From positions 102,858,001 to 102,922,000 of the forward strand of contig NC_073379.1 of NCBI RefSeq assembly GCF_028641065.1: a stretch of 64,000 nucleotides of DNA. Direction: 5' to 3'. The DNA comes from Leucoraja erinacea. Taxonomy: Eukaryota. The notes beneath the pieces were generated by a model. That model was not told the origin of the DNA, did not search any database, and saw only the letters and a program-made list of their open reading frames with translations. This document shows, piece by piece, positions 1 to 12,555 of this stretch. Both the position numbers and the translations under genes were made by a program. Each line of letters opens with the position of its first letter. Within the stretch, counting starts at the first letter, position 1.

Positions 1-256
1 AGGCCCGGGTTCAACCCTGACTACAGGGGTGCGCTGTATGGAGTTTGTAATTTCTCTCTTTGACCGTGTGGATTTTCTCCGTGTAATCCAATTTCCTCAC
101 ACTTACCAAATACCTGCAGGTTTGTAGGTTAATTGGCTTCTGCATATTGTCCCTAGCGTGTAGGATAGAACTAGTGTATGAATGATCACTTGTTGGCGTG
201 GACTCGCTGGGCCAAAGAGTCCGTTTCCACATTGTAACTCTAAACCTAAAACTAAA
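1..256 (+). mobile_element. tRNA-derived V-SINE (HE1-like), 5' end cut by the window edge
   Basis: Pol III B-box GGTTCAACCC at 8-17; V-domain-like tgtatggagtttgt...tgaccgtgtggattttctcc...tttcctcacac; CR1-type 3' end (gggccaaagagtccgtttccac) and (ctaaa)-type tail. Resembles elasmobranch HE1 SINEs. Confidence 0.8.
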
Positions 257-399
257 TGGAAATAGTTCTTAATAACTGCTTTATCATTAAATTAAATTAT
301 GGCTGATCTTTTTACCTCAGGAGGTAGAGCTGCATTCAAAGCCCCATTGACAGCAGGAAACACCACAAAATCTACCCTTCATGGTACATTTTTCTGTCC

Positions 400-1050
400 C
401 AACTCTGCTTCCCTGTTTCTTAACCTATAAACATTGATAAGACACTGCCTTGAAAGTACACAATGACTGAGTTTCTACACCAATCAAAGATTCACTACCT
501 TCTGGGTAAATTCATTTCTCCTCGTCTCTGCTCTGAATTGCAGACTCTTTATTTTAAGACTGCGATCCTGACTCTCGATACCCTAATCAACCTACATCCA
601 TCCAATCTAGTCTCCCAAGTGATTTGTATGTTTCGGTGAGGTCACCGCTCATTCTTCTAAACTCTAAAGCCATAAGACAGTTCTCCCCATCTGCTGAATC
701 TTTACTGCACTCCATAGCAAATATATCTGACTTTAAGCAGGGAGATCAGATTTGTGCATATTATTTCAAGTACAGTTCATCCAAGCAGTATATAATTCCA
801 GTAAAATGGAGCCAGATGCAGCTAGTGGGAGATCCCACATTTACTCATCCATTTCTATAGATTCTTCTATCTTTAGAAGCTTATACTGTTCATTTTTATA
901 TGACTTGCAAGCTCTCCCTCAAGATCGATTGCTTCCTTATAAATGTTGTAGTCTTTCGCTTCTGGCTCCTGTAAAATTCCCACACCTCCAGTATACAATT
1001 AACCCTTGCTACTTTGTTAACGTCATCCTCGACCTCCTTTGCAAACCACA
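400..1050 (-). mobile_element. Old, degenerate CR1 LINE fragment
   Basis: Antisense CR1 ORF2 C-terminal motifs (ttgtatgtttcggtgaggtcaccgctcattcttctaaactc; gattcactaccttctgggt); boundaries approximate. Confidence 0.55.
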
Positions 1051-2110
1051 GAGGATTTCTCTCATGGAAATTGAAAATATTTATCAGAAAGTTTGAAGTC
1101 TTCATTTTCCTGCCTTTGATTGTGAATTTTTGGTCTAAATAATTGAAATTTACTTGCCGGTCGAAAAACGGTTTGCAGTCGTGTAAATATTATATTAAAT
1201 ATATTTTACAAAGCTGTAGTTTATGCACTTCAGATTGACTGCAAAAGATAACCAATTTTATTTTAATGTATTTCAAATTCTAACAAGTGTAATCTTGAGG
1301 CTACACATAACATTACAGATAATCTTGATCAACACCATCAACATTTTCTGACATTCACCTGCAGCATGCAAAGTCTCATTGACAGCAGGAAGCATGACAA
1401 AAGCCTTCCTGGAATATTTCTCTGTTTTTCAGAATATATGATTTTATCTATATTTTCGCTACTTGTTAGTATATTTATTCATTTTTTAATGCGTGCGCCA
1501 CTACCTTTCCTTTGCCTTTAAGTTGAGATGATCTCATTGTTATAAATCTAACTCTCCATGAGGTCTGCATTCATCTGATCCTTTGATACTGTCATTTTTA
1601 TCTTTCTCACCACACTGTCTCCCTTAGCAGATCTGCTATTTTCTAATGTATTCCTGTTTTACTTGTATGATTGCTGCTGAGACAATCTTAGACCTGGCTG
1701 CTATTCTTTCACTTACAGAGAAAAAGACTGTCGCTGGTGCCTACTCTTCAGAAAAACTTGATTCATGTGTAAATTATCAGTTAGTCTTTATTTGTTCGGC
1801 CTGTGGAGAGTACACACACAGATAAAAGGCTCAGAGGGTCATGGCTTAGTAGATGCATGTTTCTCTCGTGGCCAGAATGACAGTGTTAGCATTGTTGTCA
1901 AAGATTAGCAACAGAGACTGGAAGGCCCCGTCATTATGTATTTGCAGTTAGATTAATTTTTCTAGACAATATCGTTGGAGAAAAGCTGAATAAACCATAC
2001 TGCACATTTGATATCCTAACAATAAAATGGAACATTATTGTTGATTTGAATATTTTTCCCCTTGGCATGAAAACACCTTTTGATAAACATTTCCACTGGG
2101 TACTTCCTCT

Positions 2111-2497
2111 CATAGAAACATAGAAACAAAGAAAATAGGTGCAGGATGAGGCCATTCGGCCCTTCGAGCCAGCACCGCCATTCATTGTGATCATGGCAGA
2201 TCATCCCATATCAATAACCCGTGCCTGCCTTCTCCCCATATCCCTTGACTCCACTAGCCCCTAGAGCTCTACCTAACTCTCTCTTAAATCCATCCAGTGA
2301 TTTGGCCTCCACTCCCCTCTGTGGCAGGGAATTCCATAAATTCACAACTCTCTGGGTGAAAATGTTTTTTTCTCACCTCAGTCTTAAATGACCTCCCCTT
2401 TATTCTGAGACTGTGGCCCCTGGTTCTGGACTCGCCCAACATTGGGAACATTTTTCCTGCATCTAGCTTGTCCAGTCCTTTTATAATTTTATATGTT
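2111..2497 (-). mobile_element. CR1 LINE 3' fragment (young)
   Basis: (catagaaa)n tail at the left end; minus-strand translation YKIIKGLDKLDAGKMFPMLGESRTRGHSLRIKG is the CR1 ORF2 C-terminus. Confidence 0.9.
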
Positions 2498-5179
2498 ATG
2501 TTATGATAACTCACACTGTTATGGCCTCCATTTAAGATAGCAAGAGAACATTTTCCCTGTCCTGTCACTTAGCAATAGAGGCGAGACCCCAAATTACTGG
2601 ACTAGATCTGTACCTGGCATTTCCAAATACCAAGCAACATTTTTTTAGCTAAATACAAGAAGACTGTATTCCAATACACAAAGTCCCAATTTTCCCCTTT
2701 GATTGAGAATACATCAACTCATAATAATACATTTGGTTAAATATATAATAATATCTAGGAGATATCACAAATGCACAGCAGTATTGAGTCAAATTGCCAC
2801 TTGGATATTTTAGCAATGGCTTCTCTGTTCATCTCCACCAACCCAGTTTGAGGGAAATATGATTCTCTCTTAACATATTACTCTGTTGCAGTAGCCACAT
2901 GCTGTCTTCTGGTTTTGACTTCATTTAAAAAATGCTTCCTATATCAAGTTGAACTTTACCAGAATATATTACTCCCAAAGCAATATTCACGGTTATTAAA
3001 GTGCATTTTGGTCAGCAACCTCATATGCACTGGTAGACAGGATGATAAGTTGCTATCCTTATTGCCCAGTTCATTCAGAAGCTTCACTGTAACAGTATGC
3101 AGCCAACAGATTCACTATTGAAATGCACCATTTGTCATGAAATAGCTGCATTTATGTGATAGGTACCTTCTAAACTCACTAGGTTTGTCTATTCCATTAT
3201 AAGCACGTTTTGGGTGCTATTTAACTTACTGCCAATTTACTACCTATCTGGACTGAAAATTAGCTCTTTCATCTGATTATTTGCTGTTCAAGATTTATTA
3301 AAAAATGAACATTACATTTTACTTTGTTTTTTTCCTCTTTCTGTTTCTTTCATCTTCTCTCACTTAATCCCATCTATTTTTATTTCTGCATATTTCACAT
3401 TATTTCCATTGTTTTGCATCAAATTAAATATTCAACATTTCTGGTTCAAGTTCTGCACAACTAAATAGCAAGTCTACAATCTAATTGGCTAAGGAGGTAC
3501 ACAGTTTCTTGCCCTGATCACACAAGTCCCAGATCCCCTGTAGAGGGCACTGGGTCAAATGACTTTCTAATTAAATAAATTCCAGTGCAGAATCCTGTAA
3601 AAGGTGTAATGAACAGCTGCCACCAGCCGTTGCCATTGAGACTACAATGTGGCTCAATGTGATGTGGTGAAATCTTTTCATCCAACATGTCAGAATGGAA
3701 CAAAATAATTAATAAACCTGTATACACAAGATACTTATAGGCTTTTTATTATCCAACAAACGTTGTTGAAAAGTTAGTGTATTACGAAAAAGTACATTGC
3801 TAGGAAGTTGCCCAAAACTTGCCAAGAGAAAGGCTTAATATTTTGAATATGAACTTGATAATATGTGTTTTTTTTTACAATGTAACAGTTCTTAGAAGTT
3901 ATCGATGTAATTTTTGTTTGAGAAGTAATAATATTGTGAGAAATAATATAATCACAGTAATACGATGCATTAAGATGTTTTTTTAAGGATCTCAAGTGTT
4001 GGCAGTATGATATTTGCAAATGATTATTGGTTAATCCAATTCCAAGACCATGAATTTCATTAAACGTTATGCAAATTTGACATACTGATCCAGTAGTTTT
4101 GCTTTTGCAGCAGTACTTGCTAATGCACTTGAATTATTTAAGCACTTTGGTATTTGCCAGTTTTGCTGTTTGAAAACATTACTAATCAGATTCCTAATCA
4201 AGTTTTAACATGCAGATCCTATTTCATATACAGTGACTGAACCCAAATCACATTGAACAACTGGTAAATTGAGCTTCCATCAGTTTCATCTTGAGAGCTG
4301 TTATATGTTCTGAACAACACAGGGCTATTGTTAACATAGTGAGTTGACAGCCCTTGACAGGTCAAATGACCTTGCTAGCCAAAAATATGAATAGTTTATA
4401 CAGAATTTGACAAGGTGACCAACTATCACTAGCTTTAAGCATAGATAAAGTCTTTCATTTGTTAAATAGGTCTTTGATTGGGACATATTAAATCATAATA
4501 TTGAGAAGGTTAGTTACTTTTAAAATGGTGATGCTTACACAGTTCAATTTTTCCTGACCTGGATCTTGTCAAAAAGAGTTATCGTTCTGTTTAATAATCA
4601 CATTCTCTCAGTGTGCTTTTGGGATTCCTAGATTTTGTGCAGGCATTTCGGGAATTTGATTAAAAAATGAAATATAACCAGCTAGGTATCTATTGCTTCT
4701 TATGAAGGAACAAGAGACCAACAGATGTAATTTTTCTCTTCAGCTATCTACCAAAGCGCTATTTAACTTCTCTCATTTTGTTAGGCATTGCCAGGTTGGT
4801 GTTTTCAGCATGCTTTAAACACCAAATTAATATAATCTATAACTTAATGACAATAAAGAAAGTGATAAATGTTGTTAACTTAGTCAAAGAGATGGTTATA
4901 ATCTTTTTGCCATTTCCATTAACAATACTCTAAAATGTAATACTATAAAATGGCTGAAATAGATGAACTTCCTTCCGTATTCATTTTACAAAGTGTTCAT
5001 CAACAACTTTAATTTGTTGTACTGATCCCTTGAAATAAGATAAGACCATTTCTCATACAGACGTCTTAAAGCACTCTTCATGAAGCAACATTATCTAAGC
5101 AAAAATTTCCCAAGATATTTTATGAGACAAACTAAATTAATTCCATGCCAAAATGCCAGTATTTGGAATGATGGCCAAA

Positions 5180-5708
5180 TATTTTTGCAGTTCTGGTGGC
5201 ACCATTACAGGAAGGATATGAATTAGGAGTGGATGTAGAAAAGGTTTACCAGAATGCTGTCTGGATTACAAGGTATTAGCTATAAGGAAAGGTTGGACTG
5301 TTTTCTCTAGAGTCGGAGACTGAGGGGAGACCTGATGGAAGTATATAAAATTATGAAAGGCATAGATAGGGTAGACAATTAGGGTAGACAAAACCTATTT
5401 CACATGGTGTTAACTTCATGGACTGGAGGACATAGCCTTAAGATGCAAGGGGCAAAGTTTAAAGGGGATATGCATGGCAGGTTTTGTACAGGGGGAATGT
5501 TGGGTATCTGCAACACAGCCAGGGGTGGTGATGGAGGCAGATACAACAGTGGAACTTAAGAGGCTTTTGGATAGGCTCGTGGATATACAGGGAATGCAGG
5601 GATATGGATCACATGTAGCAAGAAGATTAGATTAATGTGGCATCATGTTCAGTACGAAAATTGTTGGCTGAAGCGTTTGTTCCTGTGCTATAACTTTCTA
5701 TGTTCTAT
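5180..5708 (+). mobile_element. CR1 LINE 3' fragment (older)
   Basis: cagttctgg..cattacaggaaggat, ctgaggggagacctgatggaagtatataaaattatg, and a ttctatgttctat tail. Confidence 0.8.
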
Positions 5709-5709
5709 C

Positions 5710-6760
5710 ACCAATGGCTTAGTTAAAAAACAGGGAGAGAATTTCAAAGCTTAAAACCTTGGTAATTGAAGGGATGACCACCAATTCTCCCAGATTTACA
5801 TTCAGGGAAGAGTAAAAGAGTACAGAATTGGAGAAGAGCAGACATCATGGATAGTTAGTTATTGGACCGAAAGAGATTGCAATAAAAGCAAAGGGTGGGA
5901 TCATTAAATTATGTAGAAGCGAGGATTGAACCAAAGTATTCCTTACCAATGAGCTTGTACAGATCAGAAAATTATAATTCAATTCAATTCAATTCAAAAC
6001 AACAGAGGTGATAGGTGACCAATATTGTTGTGCTTTAGGACACCAGCAACAGATTTAAGATGAAGAGTTGAGTGACCAAAGCCATCCCGGAATGTGGTGG
6101 AATAGTCAAGACCAATGGATGAAATGTTCATCGCAATAAAATAAACTAGGGGGAAAATCTAGAAATGTTACTGTGGTGAAAATGTGCAGTCTTCGAGAAG
6201 GCATTGCTGCAAACTCTGAAATTTAACTCAAAGTCAAGTGTATTGTCAATTAATAGTGAGAGAATGGGATAGAATTGATGTCTGGGGAATTGGTTTTGTG
6301 AAAGGGACAGTGGTTTCTGCTTTCCTTATTGGAGTAAGTTTCTGTCTTCCAATCCTGGATATTAAACAAACAGTCTGATAATTTACAGATTGCCAAGGCA
6401 TTAGGATGGGAAGTGGCAAGCTGAAGTTAGGTGCCATCCTCATAGATGAAACCAATGCTGTGTTTCAGGATGATGTTGCCAAAGGACAGCGAATGCCAAA
6501 GGAGTTAATTGGGAAAGGTGCATGTGTATAAAAAGAAGCCATTATTGGCATTGTCCTGATCAAATAGAAAGAATAGCACTAGACTTGGACGGTCCATCCA
6601 GCCAGGAAACAGATTTGAGGAATTGGAGGAAAACCGTGCAATAAAAGATAGGAAAAGACTGCATATGTTGATATGGAAAAAGAAGGATGAATTACATTTG
6701 TTTGTGATCACATAGGATGGCATTAACGGTTTTAATCAGAGCTTTTATGGAACTGTGGCA
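5710..6760 (-). mobile_element. Ancient, degenerate L2-like LINE remnant
   Basis: aagttaggtgccatcctcatagatgaaacc...gatgatgttgccaaaggacagc resembles the reverse complement of the L2 RT YADDTQL region; purine-rich on +; heavily decayed. Confidence 0.4.
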
Positions 6761-6789
6761 GAGCGGGAACTTTAAAAGTTTTGTGCTCA

Positions 6790-6960
6790 TTAATTGGCCA
6801 CTGTAAATTGACCCTCAACTACAGATGAATGTTGGAATCTGGGAGAGTTGATGAGGATGTAGGGAGAATAAAATGGGATTTGTATTGGAATAGTGTAAAT
6901 TGGTGCTTGATGGTTGGTGCAAACTCAGTGGGCCGAAGATCTTGCTTCCATGTTGACTCA
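6790..6960 (+). mobile_element. SINE 3' half (HE1-like)
   Basis: ttaattggccactgtaaattg...gatggttggtgcaaactcagtgggccgaagatcttgcttcc parallels the 3' half of the SINE at 1-256. Confidence 0.6.
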
Positions 6961-7464
6961 ATTAAATCTGATTGGAAGGATTCAAACAAGGAGTTCAGAG
7001 TAAACATTGTATGAGTTTAGGAGGCTGTGATCAATTCAGAAGTTGAATATTTTTACTTTGGCATTTTGTTTGAGAAAATATTTGGTTTACCAAAGTATCC
7101 CCAGTTCCTTTGCAGATTCTTGTTATAAGTTATCTAATAAAGATGAATAAAGCTTCAGGCCTGATCTCATGTCTGGATTGAGTTATTCAGTTTGACTCAG
7201 ATGGGACCAGGCTCCAGTTGATCCAAATGTCCCACTTTGATAGGGAAAGTTAAATAGGATTCCCACTTCTAATGACTAGGCAGCAACCATTGCTGGAAGA
7301 AAATGTGAATAGGTGAGGCTTGACTAGAATATCTCTTGTATCCAAATAGTGGTTCAATTTTCATCATAAATCCTTTTTTTGTGAATAATAACCAAAGAGG
7401 AGTATATTTCCATGTGAAAGGAATCTTCAGGAAAGGTTCAGTGGCTTCAAGTGAGATATAGAGT

Positions 7465-7795
7465 AATTACAGAATAATAAAAGGCATAGATAGAGTGGAT
7501 GTGGAAAGGATGTTTCCACTGGTGGGAGAGTCTAGGACCAGAGTCTAGGACCAGAGGTGGGAGAGTCTAGGACCTCAGAATTAAAGGGTGCTCTTTTAGA
7601 AACGATGTGAGGAGGAACTTCTTTAGTCAGAAGGTAGTTAATCTGTGGAGCTCATTGCCACAGAGGACTGTGGAGGCCAAGTCAGTGGATATTTTTAAGG
7701 CAGAGATAGACTCATTCTTGATTAGACCGGGTGTCAAGGGTTATGGGGAGAAGGCAGGAAAATGCGATTAGGAGGCAGTGATCAGCCATGAAAGG
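7465..7795 (+). mobile_element. CR1 LINE 3' fragment with a local internal duplication
   Basis: ttacagaataataaaaggcatagatagagtggatgtggaaaggatgtttccactggtgggagagtctaggacc; gagtctaggacc occurs three times at about 7528-7574. Confidence 0.85.
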
Positions 7796-8176
7796 GACTG
7801 AAGACAATGGTTTCTTCGGACATGTATTATTGTGAATATAACTGAAAAAAAAAGAGTATGCAAGATAGGTTTCCTTGTTGTTACTTCTATCTTGCACTGA
7901 TAATTTAATCAGAGGTATAATGGAAATATCGCCTGTATACTTCCACTGAATTGTGGGAACTGAGTGAGTGACTGAGTCAGTGAGTGATTGAATGGGAACA
8001 GCACCATTGAAGTTTAATGCCACTGTGCTCTTTGCTAGTCTCAATTTTAACAATTTTGACCTGTACTACATAGGACTTATAAGACAAAGTTAAATGCCGT
8101 AGCTTTGCTAAAGTATTATTTATTACTTATTATGTAATTTTTTGAAGATATTCTGAATTGAATAATTTTATTAGCT

Positions 8177-8995
8177 AAGTATGTATACATACAAGGAATT
8201 TGCCTTGGTGCTTTGCTCGCAAGTAACAACACGATATACAGGAAACAATTAAGAATAACCATTATAATCTAAACATGTGAAGAATGAAATAAAATACCAG
8301 AGCAAAAGGAGGCTACAGACTTTTGGTTGTTGAGTAGAGCTACTGCTCGTGGAAAAAAGCTGAATTTAAGTCCGGCTGTGGCGGCTGTGACAGTCGGGAG
8401 TTGCCTTCTTGACGGAAGTGCTTCAAAGAGTTTGTGGCCAGGGTGAGAGGGGTCAGAGATGATCGTACCCACTGGCTTCCTGGCCCGTGCAGTGCGCAGT
8501 TCGTTGATAGGGGGAAGGTTGCAGCCAACAACCTTCTCGGCTGATTGAATGATGCGCTGCAGCCTCTGGATGTCATACTTGATGGCTGAGCTAAACCAGA
8601 CGATGATGGAGAAGGTGAAGACTCTATGCTGGCAGTATGAAACTGGATCATCATTGCCTGTGGCAGATTGTGTTTTCTCAGCTGCCGCAGGAAGTACATC
8701 CTCTGTTAGGCCTTTTTGACTGTGGAGTCGATGGTGGCCTCCCATTTAAGGTACTTAAATGACTCCACAGATGTGACTGTGGTATTGATGATGGTGAGTG
8801 GGGGGAGGGGAGGGGGGAGATCTCCAAAAGTCTACAATCAATTCCACTGTCTAAAGAGCATTGAGCTCCAAGTTGTTGCGATGGCACCAGGACACCAACC
8901 GTGTCACTTCCTGTCTGTAGGCAGATTCCTCCCCATCCTGCATCAGTCCAATCAGGGTTGGGTCATCCGCAAACTTGAGAAGCATGACAGAGGAG
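8177..8995 (-). mobile_element. Rex1/Babar-like non-LTR retrotransposon 3' fragment
   Basis: Frameshifted minus-strand translation MYFLRQLRKHNLPQAMM...FTFSIIVWFSSA...LQRIIQSAEKVVG...ISDPSHPGHKLFEALPS, typical of the Rex-Babar RT C-terminus. Confidence 0.8.
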
Positions 8996-9687
8996 TCAAT
9001 AAATCAGTATTTCCTAGCCTTTTTTTAGACTGTGTCAACTACTAGATATTTATTTCCATACATACATACATACATAACGATTGAGTCAGGACTTTATGAA
9101 AGATCTGGATTTGCTTCTCTTGGACAAGGGAAGTTCCTGTTGTTCATGAATATAAGCATTGTATTCACCCAACAGATTGTAAATAAAGTGCCTTTGATAA
9201 ACAGTTGATAAATTCAAAGCTGCCCAAGGAACTGAATGACATTTTTACCTTTGGTAAAATTTTCCCTCAGTTATCAAAATTGCCCTCTGCTTCCAAGTAA
9301 CAATCTCAGTTTTCAATAGATACGTTTTTTTTTCCACACCCAGCAGCACCTCTATTCAAAAATGGAAGAAAAGACAAATAGTCAAACTGAAATCCAAAAG
9401 ATTTTAAAAAGATATTTGCCAAGGATCCTATAAATAAACATTCTCAGTGAAGACCACACCATACCTCACTTCTTCCACCCAGCATGTTTGACTCATCAAA
9501 GACTAAAGTTAATTTTACATAACTCTTGCTTATACAAATAAATATTATTTATTTTGAATGTATGTTGTACCAAAGCAATGATTGTGAAGATTCAACCTCC
9601 AGCTCTGCAAATCAAGTGCATTATACATTAATTGAAATTAAACAACATGAGTTGACGGAGACTGGACCACACTTGATGTTGCACTTG

Positions 9688-10278
9688 CAGTTGTACAGGG
9701 TCTTGGTGAGACCACACCTGGAGTATTGCGTACAGTTTTGGTCTCCAAATCTGAGGAAGGACATTATTACCATAGAGGGAGTACAGAGAGGTTTCACCAG
9801 ACTGATTCCTGGGATGTCTGGACTTTCATATGAAGAAAGAATGGATAGACTCGGCTTGTACATGCTAGAATTCAGAAGATTGAGGGGGGATCTTATAGAA
9901 ACTTACAAAATTCTTAAGGGGTTGGACAGGCTAGATGCAGGAAGATTGTTCCCGATGTTGGGGAAGTCCAGAACTAGGGGTCACAGTTTAAGGATAAGAG
10001 GGAAGTCTTTTAGGACCAAGATGAGAAAATCATTTTTTACACAGAGAGTGGTGAATCTGTGGAATTCTCTGCCACAGAAGGTAGTTGAGGCCAGTTCATT
10101 GGCTTTATTTAAGAGGGAGTTAGATGTGGCCCTTGTGGCTAAAGGGATCAGGGGGTATGGAGAGAAGGCAGGGATGGGATACTGAGTTGGATGGTCAGCC
10201 ATGATCATATCGAATGGCGGTGCAGGCACGAAGGGCCGAATGGCCTACTCCTGCACCTATTTTACTATGCTTCTATGA
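9688..10278 (+). mobile_element. CR1 LINE 3' fragment (young; ORF2 C-terminus open)
   Basis: LYRVLVRPHLEYCVQFWSP...RGDLIETYKILKGLDR...WNSLP in ORF 9526-10185; ctatgcttctatg tail. The N-terminus of this ORF is flanking DNA. Confidence 0.92.
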
Positions 10279-11674
10279 TGTCCTGGTGTATGACCCCCAG
10301 ATAAACCTTCCTGCCTTTAATCACATTTGGAAAATTGCCCCTGAACAAGGGAAGTTCCTGGTTTATTTCCTCACTGATTTCCTAAGACATAATTCTCTGC
10401 AAGGTGGCTTCCCATGTTGAAAGTGGTGCAAGCTTATATTCTGCCTATGTCCTTTGACGTGCATCTTTGTTCTGTTTCCCTTACTGTTGAACATTGGAAA
10501 TTTGAGAAACAGAAAAAATCGCATCAATAAATTGATGTCAACACATCTATTACTCTTCTCACCAGGTTCTCAAATCTTTCTTTCATATAAAATATGAAAT
10601 ATTTATCTGTCAGATCCATGCATAATTTATGTTTCAATGGTGCTTAGGTAAAATAAAGACAATTGAAGTGTGCCCATTAACCCAGACCAGAATGGACATA
10701 ACATCATAGGTTTGAATTCTAGGGAATATTAGTGTGCAATCCGAAACTATGGGGTATAGTTCTGAGAAAGCTGGGATACATCTGCCACTATTGTAATAAA
10801 CCTATCATTCGTTATCTCATAGAGAATACATTTAACATGTTATATCTCCCTACCGATATCTATGATATTTTGTTTCTCAACATTTTGAATGTAAAATCTA
10901 GATTGTGTTCTTTAGAGAGGCCTTAATCTAAAGCAATCAATACATTATTGATATATAACTGGCAGCATGCTGTTGAAATAGTCATATGGTGGTTATGGTA
11001 CTTAGCTTTTTTTTAATTTCTCTGTATTTTTTGTGCAAATCAATATTACCTACTATATTAGAGAATCCAAACTGCCTCACTAAATTATTGATCTTTAGGA
11101 AATGCTTGCAGCACTACTGCTGCGATAATAGACAAACTAGGTCCAGAAATTACTTCTATTAGTAGAAAATATTTCTATGATATTCCTCCACAGGTCTTTT
11201 TAATACAAATGTTAATTGTCTATTTACAGAATTAATGCCTTTAAAATACAGGGCAAAGTATTATATAAATACATTAAATATTTATCAAATAATGTCAGTG
11301 ATTGTAATTCCTGGACTCCTATTTACTGCGTTCACATACTAAAATTATTTCCAATGCATTTTAATGATTAAAATAGTTTGTAAAGTTATTTTGCAATATA
11401 GTAGATGTTAATATCATTGAATGAGATGTCACCCATGTCAATTATTTTATTATTATCTCTATATACTATAATCTGTAATATAATTCTTGCTATAATCACT
11501 AAATACATGTAAATAAACAAAAGAGTAGAAATAATTCAAATCTGTCTCACACACGATCGCAGTATTAATTTTTTATAAAGTTGTACTTGCTTTGCTTTTG
11601 ATTACAAAGATCAGAAAGAATCTGCAGCATCCATTGATGGGACAGGTCATTAAATTAAAAAATGTTTATAATTA

Positions 11675-11935
11675 AAAGTGGACTTTTTTTATATGGACTT
11701 CAATAAGGAATTTGAAAAAATTCCACATGGGAGAATGATCCAAAAGGTTATGGCACATGAGATCGTAGACAATTAAGTTAATTAGATCCAATTGGCTCAC
11801 TAATAGAACGCAGAGGATAATGGTGGAAGGATATTTTTCTGATTGGAAGTCTATGGCCAGTAAGTCTATGGCAAAGATTGATGTCGGGATTCATGATGTT
11901 TGTATATATTAACACCTTGGATGTGAATGTGGGAG
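11675..11935 (+). mobile_element. Old CR1 RT fragment (outermost layer of nested cluster, left half)
   Basis: Degenerate YMDF-K-F-K-PHGR...W-S-----INTLDVNVG region of CR1 RT; continues at about 15740-16556. Confidence 0.65.
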
Positions 11936-12261
11936 GTCATAGGGTCATAAGTAGAGCCAGGATTTTGCCATCAATGCCATGTGCCTTTTCATGTCTTTTT
12001 TGATGATTTCACCAAGATAATGCCTTTTTCACGATCAAGTGCCTAAATCAGCCTTTTTTTACCGTTTTCCTAAAAGGTCGTGCTATTTTCTCTAATTGTA
12101 CCGTGATTACAATGAAGTTTTCTATGTTAACACGTTAATATTAATGTTATTATTAACGTGTTAACATAGTATAATTTAGAAAATTTCCTGGGGCGCCACC
12201 ATCGGTCGTTCATTCGTTCGTGCCGCTGTCCGCTGGTTCAGTCTTCTCCAAGATCTATTTA

Positions 12262-12551
12262 AGAAACAACTGCAGATGCTGGAAAAATTGTAGGTAGACA
12301 AAAATGCTGGAGAAACTCAGTGGGTGAGGCAGCATCTATGGAGAGAAGGAATAGGCGACGTTTCGGGTCAAAACCCTTCTTCAGACTGATGTGTGGGGGG
12401 GGGGGGGGGCGGGAAAAAGATAGGAAGATGCGGAGACAGTAGGACTAGAAGGAGAGCTGGAAGGGTGAGGGGGAGGAGGGAGAAGACAAGGGCTAGTATT
12501 AGAGAAGTCAATGTGGATACCGCTGGGGTGGAGACTACACAAGCGAAATAC
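12262..12551 (-). mobile_element. Penelope-like element (PLE) 3' fragment
   Basis: Minus-strand FRLCSLHPSGIHIDFSN is a GIY-YIG endonuclease C-terminus, followed by a pseudo-LTR with a hammerhead core and ccagcatctgcagtt end typical of chondrichthyan PLEs. Confidence 0.8.
12357..12384 (-). ncRNA. Minimal type I hammerhead ribozyme core (PLE-associated; stem I degenerate)
   Basis: Minus strand CUGAAGA-A-GGGU-UUUG-ACCC-GAAA-C-GUC: catalytic boxes, 4-bp stem II, palindromic ACGU stem III, GUC triplet. Confidence 0.65.
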
Positions 12552-12555
12552 CCAA

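Noticed and set aside
1719-1825. Acceptor-like ttctttcacttacag followed by ...YSSEKLDSCV..., faintly like FAM172A penultimate-exon SSEPLDTSV
   Set aside because: Lacks the NWVS and CPRVSA motifs and a suitable phase-1 donor; likely chance.
7528-7574. Triple gagtctaggacc direct repeat
   Set aside because: Local duplication or assembly stutter inside a CR1 fragment; not a CRISPR-like array.
9526-10185. 219-aa ORF as a host gene
   Set aside because: CR1 ORF2 C-terminus joined by chance to flanking DNA.
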